Of a DNA stretch of 64,000 nt, positions 12,822 to 22,446 are shown one piece after another; the stretch's first letter is position 1; each line of letters begins with the position of its first letter. The position numbers were made by a program, and so were the translations under genes. The notes below the pieces were generated by a model. That model saw nothing but the letters and a program-made list of their open reading frames with translations. It was not told the DNA's origin and did no database searches. Location: assembly GCA_965205975.1 (NCBI GenBank), contig OZ242195.1:4160001-4224000 (forward strand), given 5' to 3'. Origin of the DNA: Candidatus Latescibacterota bacterium (GTDB lineage Bacteria > Latescibacterota > UBA2968).

Positions 12822-13094
12822 ATGGATACACAAACCATTGAATATCCTGCTAAAATTCTCGGGGCGTTAAAAAAAGATCCCGACGAATTTGAAAAAGAGG
12901 CCCGTTTGTTGTTGGCACTGAAATATTACGAAAACGGCAAACTCAGCACCGGACTCGCCGCTCAACTCGCGGGTGTACCACGCACCACATTTATGCTTCT
13001 TCTCGGTCAGTACGGTCTCTCGCCCTTTGGAGAAACCGCTGACGAACTTGAAGCAGATTTAGCCAATGCAAAAAAAGCCAGTCATCGCCAATAA
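12822..13094 (+). CDS. UPF0175 family putative antitoxin
   Basis: LKYYENGKLSTGLAAQLAGV HTH-like pattern; overlaps the downstream PIN gene. Confidence 0.8.
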   Translation: MDTQTIEYPAKILGALKKDPDEFEKEARLLLALKYYENGKLSTGLAAQLAGVPRTTFMLLLGQYGLSPFGETADELEADLANAKKASHRQ

Positions 13095-13554
13095 TACACC
13101 GCTCGTTGCACTTTGGGAACTCAACAGCCTTTTCCTGTTGCGGGAACTCTTCACAGAAGTGTGGATCCCCCAGGCGGTCGAAGATGAGTTTATCGCAACT
13201 GAACCGATAGCTCGTCGGGTAGCACTCAACAACGCGCCCTATATTAAAACTGTTCCTTTGCCCCATCCCCAAAGTACATTGGCTTATGTTGGACTCCATC
13301 ACGGCGAAGCCTCCGTTTTGGCTCTTGCTGAAGAACACGATGCGCGTTTGGTTATTATTGACGAGCGAAAGGCGCGAGGGTATGCCCAACAGATCGGATT
13401 ACCGCTTACCGGAACGATTGGCGTTTTGTTGCTGGCGAAGAAAGAAGGATTGATTGATGCTATCAAGCCGCTTTTAACTACATTGCACGATAACGGTTTA
13501 TATTTGAGCGTATCGCTCATTGATAAAGCGTTACAACTTGCAGATGAAACATAA
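13066..13554 (+). CDS. DUF3368 / PIN-domain putative toxin
   Basis: VIANNTPLVAL, IPQAVEDE, LHHGEASVLALA, IIDERKAR, GTIGVL. Confidence 0.85.
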   Translation: MQKKPVIANNTPLVALWELNSLFLLRELFTEVWIPQAVEDEFIATEPIARRVALNNAPYIKTVPLPHPQSTLAYVGLHHGEASVLALAEEHDARLVIIDERKARGYAQQIGLPLTGTIGVLLLAKKEGLIDAIKPLLTTLHDNGLYLSVSLIDKALQLADET

Positions 13555-13566
13555 AAGGAGAAAAAA

Positions 13567-14574
13567 ATGGCAGATTTTAAAGCTGGTGTTATCGGTTGTG
13601 GCGGTCGTGGAAAAGCGCACGCGCGCGGATGGACCGCGTCGGACGACGTAGTGATCGTAGCGTGTGCCGATCCGTTTGAGGATCCGCGTTCGGCGTATAT
13701 GGCGGAATTTGGTGTTGAAAATGGCTACGAAGACTATCGCGACATGCTGGAGGAGGAAGACCTGGATTTTGTAAGTGTGTGTACCTGGACCGGATTGCAT
13801 CACGATATGATTGTAGATGCGGCGGGCAGTGGGATTCAGGCGATTCACGCAGAAAAGCCCATGGCACCGACCTGGGGTGAGGCAAAATCGCTGTATCAGG
13901 CATGCGTAGATAACGACGTGGTCATTACATTTTGTCATCAGAGACGGTTTGCCGGGCAATTTATAAAGGCAAAAGAAATTGCAAAATCTGGTGCCATTGG
14001 CGAAGTGCGGCGTTTTGAGGGCAATTGCCCGAACATGTTCGACTGGGGCACGCACTGGTTCGATATGTTTTTCTTTTACAATGACGATGAACCCGCCGAG
14101 TGGGTAATCGGGCAAATCGACGCAGATGGTGGGCGCGAGGTATTTGGGACCCCCGTGGAAGGCAGCGGGATTTCCTGGATTCGGTATCAAAATGGGCGCG
14201 AGGGGTTGTTGGTAACAGGTGTAACCAGAATGCAGGGCATTGCGAATCGATTGGTCGGGAGCGAAGGATTCATTGAAATTGGGGGGCGCGATGCTCGCCC
14301 ACTCCGCGTTGTATCGGGCACCCAGGAGGTAGATGTAGATCTCAGCGGCATGGTGAGTCAGCGCGATGCGACAACCGTTGCTGTGCTGGACCTCGTCGAT
14401 GCCGTGAAAAACGGACGCGAACCCGAACTTTCAGGGCGCAAAGCACTGCAAGCAACAGAATTGATTTTTGCAACTTATGAATCGAGTCGTCGCCGGGGCA
14501 AAGTTGAATTACCTCTAAATGTAGATGATTCCGCACTGTTGAGCATGCTGGCAGATGGCACGGTCAAATTATGA
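13567..14574 (+). CDS. Gfo/Idh/MocA family oxidoreductase
   Basis: GVIGCGG, AEKPMA, DWGTHWFD. Confidence 0.9.
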   Translation: MADFKAGVIGCGGRGKAHARGWTASDDVVIVACADPFEDPRSAYMAEFGVENGYEDYRDMLEEEDLDFVSVCTWTGLHHDMIVDAAGSGIQAIHAEKPMAPTWGEAKSLYQACVDNDVVITFCHQRRFAGQFIKAKEIAKSGAIGEVRRFEGNCPNMFDWGTHWFDMFFFYNDDEPAEWVIGQIDADGGREVFGTPVEGSGISWIRYQNGREGLLVTGVTRMQGIANRLVGSEGFIEIGGRDARPLRVVSGTQEVDVDLSGMVSQRDATTVAVLDLVDAVKNGREPELSGRKALQATELIFATYESSRRRGKVELPLNVDDSALLSMLADGTVKL

Positions 14575-15659
14575 AACACGTAACAGTGTACCGAGAAACG
14601 GGGCGTTTTGCGGGTTGGCCCGCAAATTACGGCGTGTGGTCGTGGGGTGACGAGATCGCGCTGGGATTTACGCTGGGATTTACAGATCCCCAGGGCGGTT
14701 TTCACGCGCGAGACAAAGACCGCCCATTTGTAAACATGCAGGCGCGGAGCCTGGATGGCGGCGAAACCTGGAACGTGACGCCCATGCCGTGCAAAACCCC
14801 GGGAAATCGCGGATTATCAGCCGATGAACACATGAATGAGGGATTGCGCGTAGGTGAAATTCTGGACGGAGAACACGGGCCGATAGATTGTCCGGGCAAT
14901 GTGGATTTTTCGCATCCCGACTTCGCATTGATGTGCGCCAAGACGGGCCTGGGTCCAGGGGTCTGTTCCTTCTGGTACTATTCACAGGACCGATGCCAGT
15001 CGTGGAACGGGCCTTTCTATCTCCCAATGTGGGGGCAAACCGGGATTGCTGCGCGAACGGATTATCTGATAGATAGCGCGGATCAATGTACGCTATTTCT
15101 AACAGCGAATAAGCGCAATGGGCTGGAAGGCCGCGTATTTGCTGCGCGGTCTTATGATGGCGGGCGCAAATTTGGATTTCTATCGTGGCTGAGTGAAGAG
15201 CCTGCGGGTTTTCAAATTATGCCCGCAAGTTTGCGTCTCAGTAATGGGCATATTCTCGTCGCTGTGCGCTGCACGGAGCGCGGAGAATTTACAGCGTCTA
15301 AACACTGGATTGATACGTACTTGTCCGAAGATGACGGGTTGACCTGGACACATATCGGTCGGCCTGTACCGGCTTCTGGCCAGGGGGGGAACCCGCCGAC
15401 ACTGACGCTTCTGAAGGATGGGCGGATCGTTCTAACTTACGGTTATCGCGCAGCACCTTATGGTATCCGCGCCAGGATCTGTGATACAACCGGAACCTCC
15501 TGGAGTGAGGACATTGTACTGCGCGACGATGGTGGCAATGCGGATATCGGGTATCCGCGGACCGTCTTGAGACCCGATGGATCTCTTGTAACCGCCTATT
15601 ATTATAACGATACGCCAGAAGGGGAACGCTATATCGGCGCGACAATCTGGAATCCCTGA
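14571..15659 (+). CDS. Sialidase-family (BNR/Asp-box) protein
   Basis: Asp boxes SLDGGETW, SYDGGRKF, SEDDGLTW; DIGYPRTV near the C-terminus. Confidence 0.8.
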   Translation: MKHVTVYRETGRFAGWPANYGVWSWGDEIALGFTLGFTDPQGGFHARDKDRPFVNMQARSLDGGETWNVTPMPCKTPGNRGLSADEHMNEGLRVGEILDGEHGPIDCPGNVDFSHPDFALMCAKTGLGPGVCSFWYYSQDRCQSWNGPFYLPMWGQTGIAARTDYLIDSADQCTLFLTANKRNGLEGRVFAARSYDGGRKFGFLSWLSEEPAGFQIMPASLRLSNGHILVAVRCTERGEFTASKHWIDTYLSEDDGLTWTHIGRPVPASGQGGNPPTLTLLKDGRIVLTYGYRAAPYGIRARICDTTGTSWSEDIVLRDDGGNADIGYPRTVLRPDGSLVTAYYYNDTPEGERYIGATIWNP

Positions 15660-15661
15660 AG

Positions 15662-17032
15662 TTATTCCTCCCAGACGTTTACACCTTCACTGTCAAAGGC
15701 CGGGAGCAGGACAAAGTGATCCTCTGTCTCAATCAGGCGCTCGCACAACAAGCGATGATGGTGGGCGACCTCGTCGCGGTAATTGGGATCATCTACCAGA
15801 TTATTCATTTCTCCGGGATCGTTTTTCAAATCAAAAAATTGCCAGGGCTTGCCGCCCATGTTGTTTCCCTTCACGGTATATTTGTAATCCCGCGTGCGAA
15901 ATCCCCGCCAGACTTCATCAAAAAATGGTGGCCGTTCTCGCAGTTCCGCAACAAATTCGAGCAAAACGCCCTCGCGACCAAGCGCATCTACATCCCCGTG
16001 AATGAGCGGTGTCAAGTTTGTCCCCTGCACCTTGTTTTTGGGAACCAATCCCGCCAGACCGAGTAATGTTGGAAATAAATCTTCGGTGCATGTCGGATCT
16101 TTGATCACCGTTCCCGCGCGTTCTCTCACACGAGAATCCCACACTATGAGCGGAATCCCCACAGATTCTTCATAGGGCCACTGCTTCGCACGCAGACCGT
16201 GTGCTCCCGCCAATTCGCCGTGGTCGGATAAAAAGACCACGATTGTATCATCCAATAATCCCTCCGTTTTGAGAAAAGCCATCATCTTTCCGACATTGGC
16301 ATCCAGATTCTCAACCATGGCATTGTAGCGCTTGCGATTGAGAATAAAAATTTCGCGCTCCGCGGGATCTGCCACATCAAAATTTTCGGGTAATACAATA
16401 TCTCTCGCTTCCCATGCGGATTGCACATCTTCGGGAGCCACAAAAGGATCGTGAGGCGGTTCCACGGAAATGACCATACAGAAGGGCCGTTCGTCTGTGC
16501 GGTCTTTTATATAGTCCATGCCAATTTGAAACAGACCATCGGTCTGATACCCTTCAATTTTTTGGGGTGTGGGATCGTCATCCTCAAAATAACAGGTATC
16601 AAAGGGATCATTGCGCAGCTCAAACCCGTACCACTTTTGCCAGCGACCCTGCCGAGATCGCGGCACCCGCGTGCGGTTGACCTGCAAAGCAGATCCCAAC
16701 CGCCCGTGCCCCCCATCGAGATGCCATTTGCCCACATAAATGGTCTCATACCCCGCCTCATTAAACTCATCGGCCAGCGTGCGTTCTTCTGACGACATAA
16801 CGTATTCAATACCCGGTATTTTGCGGACATGGGCATATTCTCCAGTCATAAGTGTAAACCTGAAAGGCACGCAGATCGGATACGTGGAACACGCATTGTC
16901 AAATCGCACACCCTGTTGTGCAAAGGCATCCAGATGCGGTGTGCGTGCATCCGGGTCACCGTGAATTCCAAGAGCCTGTCGGCGCAACTGGTCACTCAAT
17001 AAAACAATCAGGTTTGGCATAATCCGCTCCAT
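15662..17032 (-). CDS. Sulfatase
   Basis: PNLIVLLSDQ, CVPFRFTLMTG, GKWHL, PPHDP, SDHGE. Confidence 0.9.
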   Translation of the reverse strand: MERIMPNLIVLLSDQLRRQALGIHGDPDARTPHLDAFAQQGVRFDNACSTYPICVPFRFTLMTGEYAHVRKIPGIEYVMSSEERTLADEFNEAGYETIYVGKWHLDGGHGRLGSALQVNRTRVPRSRQGRWQKWYGFELRNDPFDTCYFEDDDPTPQKIEGYQTDGLFQIGMDYIKDRTDERPFCMVISVEPPHDPFVAPEDVQSAWEARDIVLPENFDVADPAEREIFILNRKRYNAMVENLDANVGKMMAFLKTEGLLDDTIVVFLSDHGELAGAHGLRAKQWPYEESVGIPLIVWDSRVRERAGTVIKDPTCTEDLFPTLLGLAGLVPKNKVQGTNLTPLIHGDVDALGREGVLLEFVAELRERPPFFDEVWRGFRTRDYKYTVKGNNMGGKPWQFFDLKNDPGEMNNLVDDPNYRDEVAHHHRLLCERLIETEDHFVLLPAFDSEGVNVWEE

Positions 17033-17052
17033 TTATACATGAAAGTTTATCC

Positions 17053-17679
17053 TCACAACTCAAGTGCTCGCCACATATACCAGCTTCCCACTGACCGATA
17101 AGGTCTCCACCGCTCGCAATAGACCATCATTTCTTTTTCTGCTGGCAACTCGTCCAATCCATAAGTAAGCATAAATCCCTTGCGTACCCCCAGATCTTTT
17201 GTCGGGAGTACATCTGGCCTACCGAGATGAAACATCAGAAGCATTTGAACGGTCCACTCCCCAATGCCACGCACCTGTGTGAGGTTTTCTACAATGTCGG
17301 CGTCCGACATTTCGCGAAGGCGTGACCCCGAGGGAATCAGCCCATCCATAGTTTTTTGCGCCAGATCATTTACTGAGGCTACTTTTGCCCGGGACATTCC
17401 CGCATTGCGAAGCATCTGATCATCCATCACAACCACTTCATGCGGGTTGATGTCTCTCCCTGAAAACAGGGCGCGAACCCGTTTGTGAATCGTGGCAGCA
17501 GCTCTCCCTGAAAGTTGTTGATAGATAATCGACCGCAAAAGCGCATCAAAAGGCTTTAATCGTTTGGGGAACTCAATATTTATTGGTCCTGCCCTTTGGA
17601 TTAATTCGGCGAGTGTGCGATCCTTTTTGCACAAAGCGCGCATCGCTTTTTGAGAATCATAAGTCAGCACCTCAACCAT
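17053..17679 (-). CDS. alkA: DNA-3-methyladenine glycosylase II (AlkA/HhH-GPD family)
   Basis: SIIYQQLSGRAA, HhH motif VRGIGEWT, DVLPTKDLGVRKG, WRPYRS; start trimmed because the upstream extension runs into the origin region. Confidence 0.85.
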   Translation of the reverse strand: MVEVLTYDSQKAMRALCKKDRTLAELIQRAGPINIEFPKRLKPFDALLRSIIYQQLSGRAAATIHKRVRALFSGRDINPHEVVVMDDQMLRNAGMSRAKVASVNDLAQKTMDGLIPSGSRLREMSDADIVENLTQVRGIGEWTVQMLLMFHLGRPDVLPTKDLGVRKGFMLTYGLDELPAEKEMMVYCERWRPYRSVGSWYMWRALEL

Positions 17680-17800
17680 CTCCTGCGAATAATTGTTGTG
17701 ATTGCCTACCTGACGACACAGAACAATAATAAACATATCAGAAGAAAAATAGAAAATTCTCCACCAACCCGATATACCTATCAACAGTAGATTTTCCCAA

Positions 17801-18155
17801 TGTGGATAACTCAATTTCCTGGACATTGGATCAAAAAATCAAAACGCATTGATTTTTAAAGAGAAAGGCGGTCTGTGCACAGATCTGTGCACAAGTTTTT
17901 GGGTGTGGAAAATAATCTGGATAAATTGTGGATTCTTTGTGTAAAAAAGATATCCACATGCTCAAGTGTGGAAAACCACACTCTTTTTCCACACTTTTTG
18001 CACACAGAAATACACAATGTCAAATTGGCAGAGATTTTCTTATCCCTCTATTTTTCTGCAAGTTGTTCTTTTTTTCGATTCTTTTCCACAGAATCCACAG
18101 CGTTATTATTATTGTTGTATATCATAGTACATATTTTCATTCTATTAATAACATA
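17801..18155. other. oriC: Replication origin oriC: DnaA-box cluster, DnaA-trios and AT-rich unwinding element
   Basis: Perfect TGTGGATAA at 17801; near-consensus boxes at 17904, 17916, 17927, 17950, 17967, 17985; tandem TTTTCCACA-GAATCCACA (18082-18099) followed by GCG and TTA-TTA-TTA-TTG-TTG trios, then an AT-rich tract; adjacent to the dnaA 3' end. Confidence 0.88.
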
Positions 18156-18211
18156 AACAGAAATTGTGAGTAAATGACGACCTGGACATCTAAAACAGGA
18201 ATACAAACGAT

Positions 18212-18245
18212 AAAAATAAACCCCAGACCTCTATGAGATCTGGGG
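18212..18245 (-). terminator. Intrinsic terminator after dnaA
   Basis: CCCCAGA...TCTGGGG stem with TTTATTTTT following on the minus strand. Confidence 0.7.
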
Positions 18246-18293
18246 CATATTTTTAATATCTATCTGCTTATGTCATTATTGGGCTATCATTCC

Positions 18294-19682
18294 TTAACTT
18301 ATGATATGATCTTGTAGTTCACTGACAAGATGTTCAAATTCTGGATCCGATGATATTTTGTTTTCGACGCTCCGGCACGCGTGAATAACTGTGCTGTGAT
18401 CGCGATTTCCAAATTGTACACCAATGGTTTTGAGTGGAGCACCTGTAAGAGATTTGCTCAAATACATACTCACATGCCGGGCTGTTGCCACATCTTGCTT
18501 TCGAGTTGCGCCGATCAGTTTATCTAAAGGTATTTCAAAAAAGTGAGCGGCAGCTTTTTGAATGCTCTCAATAGTAACAGTTGGTTTGGTCTTTTGGGGC
18601 GGGCTTAGAAGAGTCTTTCGCGCTGTTTCAATCGTAAGTGGATAGCGTTGTAATTTAGTAAAGGCCACCAGGCGTTTTAATGCTCCTTCAAGTTCGCGGA
18701 TGTTGGTATGGATTTGTTCAGCTAAGAAACTGGCAATTTCGTGGGACAATGAAATACCCATTTCTTCTGCTTTCTGCATCAAAATTGCCACGCGCGTGGA
18801 AAGGTCCGGTGCTTCAATATTTGTAACCAGCCCCCATTGAAATCGAGAAATCAACCGATCTTCAAACCCTTTGAGATGAGATGGTGGGCGATCGGAACTG
18901 ATGATGATCTGTTTATCCGCCTGAAATAGCGCATTAAATGTATGGATAAACTCTCTTTGGCAACCTTCGGTTTTCACATAATACTGGATGTCATCAACGA
19001 GCAATACATCCGCCTGGCGATAGATTTGATAGAAATTAGAAGTTGTTCCGCGGTTAATTCCTTCTAAATAATCCGTGAGAAACTGCTGTGCAGTAACATA
19101 AACCACCCGTTGAGCTGTCCCCATTTCGATGCAATATGCACCAATAGCCTGTAGCAGGTGGGTTTTTCCCAATCCAACGCCACTATAAAGGACAAGGGGA
19201 TTAAAAGCTGTTTGTCCCGGCGACTCTGCTGTGGCTTTTGCAGCGGAAAACGACACTTCATTGCTTTCGCCAACAACAAAATTTTCAAACCGATACCGTG
19301 GGTTGAGAGGAAATACAGGTTGGGCAGGTCCAGAATGAAGAGATGGTCCAGTAGATACAGGATCGAGAGATGTTTCCTGCATGTATTCGGGACCCTGACC
19401 CTGTGTCACGGGAATTGCCATTTGTTGATGAGTATCACCAACGGCAAAACTTATGCGTGGATTCCAAGTAAAAACTTCCTGGATGGTCGTTTTGATCAAC
19501 CCGATGTAATTTTGTTCTAACCAATCGGCATAAATTCTTTCGGGCACCACCAGAATAGCTTCTTCGGAGGTAAATTGCCGCGCCGTAATTGGAGCGAACC
19601 AGGTTTCAAAACTTTGATCCTGTATTTTTTCTTGGATGGCGTGGAGACACCGGTTCCATAAGTTAGAAGAGCGTTCATCCAT
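18294..19682 (-). CDS. dnaA: Chromosomal replication initiator DnaA
   Basis: LNPRYRFENFVVG, Walker A GVGLGKT, Walker B LLVDDIQ, NIRELEGAL, RDHSTVIHA. Confidence 0.98.
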   Translation of the reverse strand: MDERSSNLWNRCLHAIQEKIQDQSFETWFAPITARQFTSEEAILVVPERIYADWLEQNYIGLIKTTIQEVFTWNPRISFAVGDTHQQMAIPVTQGQGPEYMQETSLDPVSTGPSLHSGPAQPVFPLNPRYRFENFVVGESNEVSFSAAKATAESPGQTAFNPLVLYSGVGLGKTHLLQAIGAYCIEMGTAQRVVYVTAQQFLTDYLEGINRGTTSNFYQIYRQADVLLVDDIQYYVKTEGCQREFIHTFNALFQADKQIIISSDRPPSHLKGFEDRLISRFQWGLVTNIEAPDLSTRVAILMQKAEEMGISLSHEIASFLAEQIHTNIRELEGALKRLVAFTKLQRYPLTIETARKTLLSPPQKTKPTVTIESIQKAAAHFFEIPLDKLIGATRKQDVATARHVSMYLSKSLTGAPLKTIGVQFGNRDHSTVIHACRSVENKISSDPEFEHLVSELQDHIIS

Positions 19683-19953
19683 AGTGCAAATATCCGTCTA
19701 TGGCTGGCAAACACGCGCCAACTAAGGGAAACATCATGAGAATGCTTTAAGCATTGGAAACCGTTGTCTGAGGAATCCGAATATAAGGGAGGTTGATTTC
19801 GGTTCAGAAGCCGGAGGGCTCTCAATTGAGGGGGGAAAATTGAAAGTATTCTGAAATTTTGAAATCGAAATATTTCGGTTATTCTTAACAGCAGACTACG
19901 GTGGGGGAATCCACTTCAAAAGTGAATTTCAAAAGATTCTAAAAGCTAATCGA

Positions 19954-19982
19954 AAATTAAGCAATGGAATAAGCGGTGTCAA
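19954..19982 (-). promoter_or_regulatory. Putative sigma70 promoter for dnaA
   Basis: TTGACA-N17-TAATTT on the minus strand; a second candidate TTGACT-N17-TATTTT lies at 20050-20022. Confidence 0.55.
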
Positions 19983-20044
19983 GAGCGTTTTGGTCAAAGA
20001 AGAACGTTAATAAACATTTGAAAAATAGTAAAATAATAGTAAAA

Positions 20045-20089
20045 AGTCAATATATAGTGTACAAAAAAAATGTACACTATATGTAGTAG
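20045..20089. promoter_or_regulatory. Tandem NrdR-box-like sites between dnaA and rpmH
   Basis: AGTCAATATATAGTGT (20045-20060) and ACACTATATGTAGTAG (20074-20089) match the consensus acaCwAtATaTwGtgt at 14/16 and 13/16 positions. Confidence 0.6.
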
Positions 20090-20125
20090 TATAACCAGAG
20101 GACTCTCCTATCAAAATGAAATCCC

Positions 20126-20154
20126 TTGACAAAGCAGATATGCACCTCTATATT
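20126..20154 (+). promoter_or_regulatory. Putative sigma70 promoter for the rpmH operon
   Basis: TTGACA-N17-TATATT. Confidence 0.65.
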
Positions 20155-20209
20155 CCAAACTCTTTGTCGATATAGATAATTGAAATTTTTGTAGATACGA
20201 GGTGGTTTG

Positions 20210-20344
20210 ATGAAACGGACGTTTCAACCACATAATCGCAAGCGCAAAAATAAACACGGTTTTCGCGCTCGCATGAGTTCTCCCGGTGGTCGCCATGTGC
20301 TGAATCGACGGCGCCGAAAGGGTCGCAAGCAGCTATCGCACTGA
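20210..20344 (+). CDS. rpmH: 50S ribosomal protein L34 (missing from the ORF track)
   Basis: Translates as [52 protein letters not shown]; divergent from dnaA. Confidence 0.97.
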   Translation: MKRTFQPHNRKRKNKHGFRARMSSPGGRHVLNRRRRKGRKQLSH

Positions 20345-20358
20345 TATGTAGGTGTGTT

Positions 20359-20688
20359 ATGGGAACACCCAACCTACGCATTCGACGCGAAATAGCGAAA
20401 ATTCGACAGCACGGCCAGATCTTTCGTGGGCGTTGGGTTCATGTTCGGATTGGTACTTCCGAGATGGATCTAACGCTCATTTCAATTCGAAAAAAATTTG
20501 GAAACGCAGTTCGGCGCAATCGCATCCGCCGGCAAGTACGTGCAATATGTTCCGAACTAATACCTTCAGGTCATCCTCACTGTCTAATGCTTATCTCTAT
20601 AGGAGACCACGCATGCGGTGTCTCTTATACTCAACTCCGTCTTGAACTACACCTCGCATTTCAAAAGGTCGGTCTTATCGACTCCTGA
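20359..20688 (+). CDS. rnpA: Ribonuclease P protein component
   Basis: RNR motif ISIRKKFGNAVRRNRIRRQVR; follows rpmH. Confidence 0.92.
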   Translation: MGTPNLRIRREIAKIRQHGQIFRGRWVHVRIGTSEMDLTLISIRKKFGNAVRRNRIRRQVRAICSELIPSGHPHCLMLISIGDHACGVSYTQLRLELHLAFQKVGLIDS

Positions 20689-20741
20689 TTTGTTTTTGCA
20701 ATCCCTTCCTTTATTATTCTCTGTGTAGAAAGACTGAATTT

Positions 20742-22433
20742 ATGGATAGACGTACGGTATTTGCCTTTGCGTTAATCGGCCTGATCTTGATACTGATGCC
20801 GTATTACATGCAATTCTTTCAAGGTGACACACCTCCTGTAGAAAAATCCGCCCCTCGCCAGATTGAGCCACCGCAGATTACTGATCTAGCTCCCAAACCT
20901 CAACCCACACAACAACCCGAGACTCAACGGCCTCCTATCCAGGACAAAAGTCCAGCCTCTACATCGACGTTCCAGGCTCGCGATATTGTCATAGATGCGG
21001 AACTGTACCGCGCCGTCATCTCCACGCGCGGTGGCGTGATTACCAGTTGGCAACTCAAGAGCTATTTTGATGGCAATGGCAATTGGCTGGAATTGATCCC
21101 ACGCAACGGTGCTGGACTTGGTGCTACTGTTGCGAGTGAGTCCCTAAATGGTCTCGAATTTACTCCCGATCGTGATCGCCTTAATATTTATGGTGATACG
21201 CAAGATCTGATCGTGTTTCGTGCTCAATCTCCGCGTGGCCCAGTCGAGAAACGTTTCCGATTTCAGGGCAACCGGTATCGCATTCACGTTTCCGTCATAG
21301 CTGAAAGTCTTGCTCGAGATGATAAATTAGGGATAACATGGGATGGAAGTCTCGCTGACACAGAAAATAAGCGCGGGACGTCAGAGAGCTTTTACGAAGG
21401 TGTTTATGAACAAATCGTTACCTACATGGGAGGGGAAGTTGAAACATGGGATACAGACCGCCTTCAAGATAAAGAGACGCCTCCAAGTGGTCAACTGACC
21501 TGGATTGGCGTAAGAAATAAATACTTTCTCGCCGCGGTTATCCCCAACGAAGGTCGTTATGACCTCGACCTTTACGGCGATAATAAGATTGATCCATTTG
21601 GTTTTTCATATCGCGATTTTGCTTTTGATATGTATGCTGATTCTGGACTTAATACTATCAATTACTCCGCGTATATTGGTCCAATTTCTTATGACATTTT
21701 ACGTGCTCAAAATCGCGATCTCGATGGACTTGAACGAGAACTGGACCTCGATGACTTTGTCGATTACGGTCCTTATTTTGTTCGCTCTATTCTCAAGCCA
21801 GTTACGATTTTAATTCTTAAAGCCTTCCTCGCCATGCACGCTCTGGTTCCAAATTACGGCGTGGTCATAATTCTTTTTTCTATTCTCGTCAAAGTCGTTG
21901 TCTTCCCACTCACGCATAAGAGTCTTGAATCTACTGCCAAGATGCAGACGCTTCAGCCCAAAATTGCCGAACTTCGCGAGCGTTATGCCAACGACCAGCA
22001 AAAAGTGAATCAGGCGATGATGAAACTCTACCGGGACGAGAAGATCAACCCCATCGGTGGATGTTTGCCCATGGTCTTACAGATGCCCATACTGTTTTCT
22101 CTTTTCTCACTGTTTCGCGGGACTATTGAACTCCGGCAAGCTGGATTCGCCCTTTGGATTACCGACCTTTCCCAACCAGATACCATCCCCATTGGTGATT
22201 TTGACCTGCACCTCTTGCCTCTTTTAATGGGGATATCGATGTTCATTCAGCAAAAGATGATGATGAAAGATCCCAAACAGGCTATTCTCGTTTATATCAT
22301 GCCCATCTTTCTCACCTATATTTTTTGGAGTATGTCCTCTGGCCTCGTCTTTTATTACACGCTCTATAATGTGCTGACCCTCGCCCAGCAGATCATCATG
22401 GAAAAAACCAAATCGATGTTGGGCACGTCCTGA
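20742..22433 (+). CDS. yidC: Membrane protein insertase YidC
   Basis: N-terminal TM, periplasmic domain, NYGVVIILFSILVK, INPIGGCLPMVLQMP, WITDLSQPD. Confidence 0.96.
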   Translation: MDRRTVFAFALIGLILILMPYYMQFFQGDTPPVEKSAPRQIEPPQITDLAPKPQPTQQPETQRPPIQDKSPASTSTFQARDIVIDAELYRAVISTRGGVITSWQLKSYFDGNGNWLELIPRNGAGLGATVASESLNGLEFTPDRDRLNIYGDTQDLIVFRAQSPRGPVEKRFRFQGNRYRIHVSVIAESLARDDKLGITWDGSLADTENKRGTSESFYEGVYEQIVTYMGGEVETWDTDRLQDKETPPSGQLTWIGVRNKYFLAAVIPNEGRYDLDLYGDNKIDPFGFSYRDFAFDMYADSGLNTINYSAYIGPISYDILRAQNRDLDGLERELDLDDFVDYGPYFVRSILKPVTILILKAFLAMHALVPNYGVVIILFSILVKVVVFPLTHKSLESTAKMQTLQPKIAELRERYANDQQKVNQAMMKLYRDEKINPIGGCLPMVLQMPILFSLFSLFRGTIELRQAGFALWITDLSQPDTIPIGDFDLHLLPLLMGISMFIQQKMMMKDPKQAILVYIMPIFLTYIFWSMSSGLVFYYTLYNVLTLAQQIIMEKTKSMLGTS

Positions 22434-22446
22434 CAGGTTTATTTCT

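Noticed and set aside
17875..18173. ORFs of 93 and 81 aa
   Set aside because: They overlap the DnaA-box cluster and translate to low-complexity F/L/S/K sequence; artefacts of oriC.
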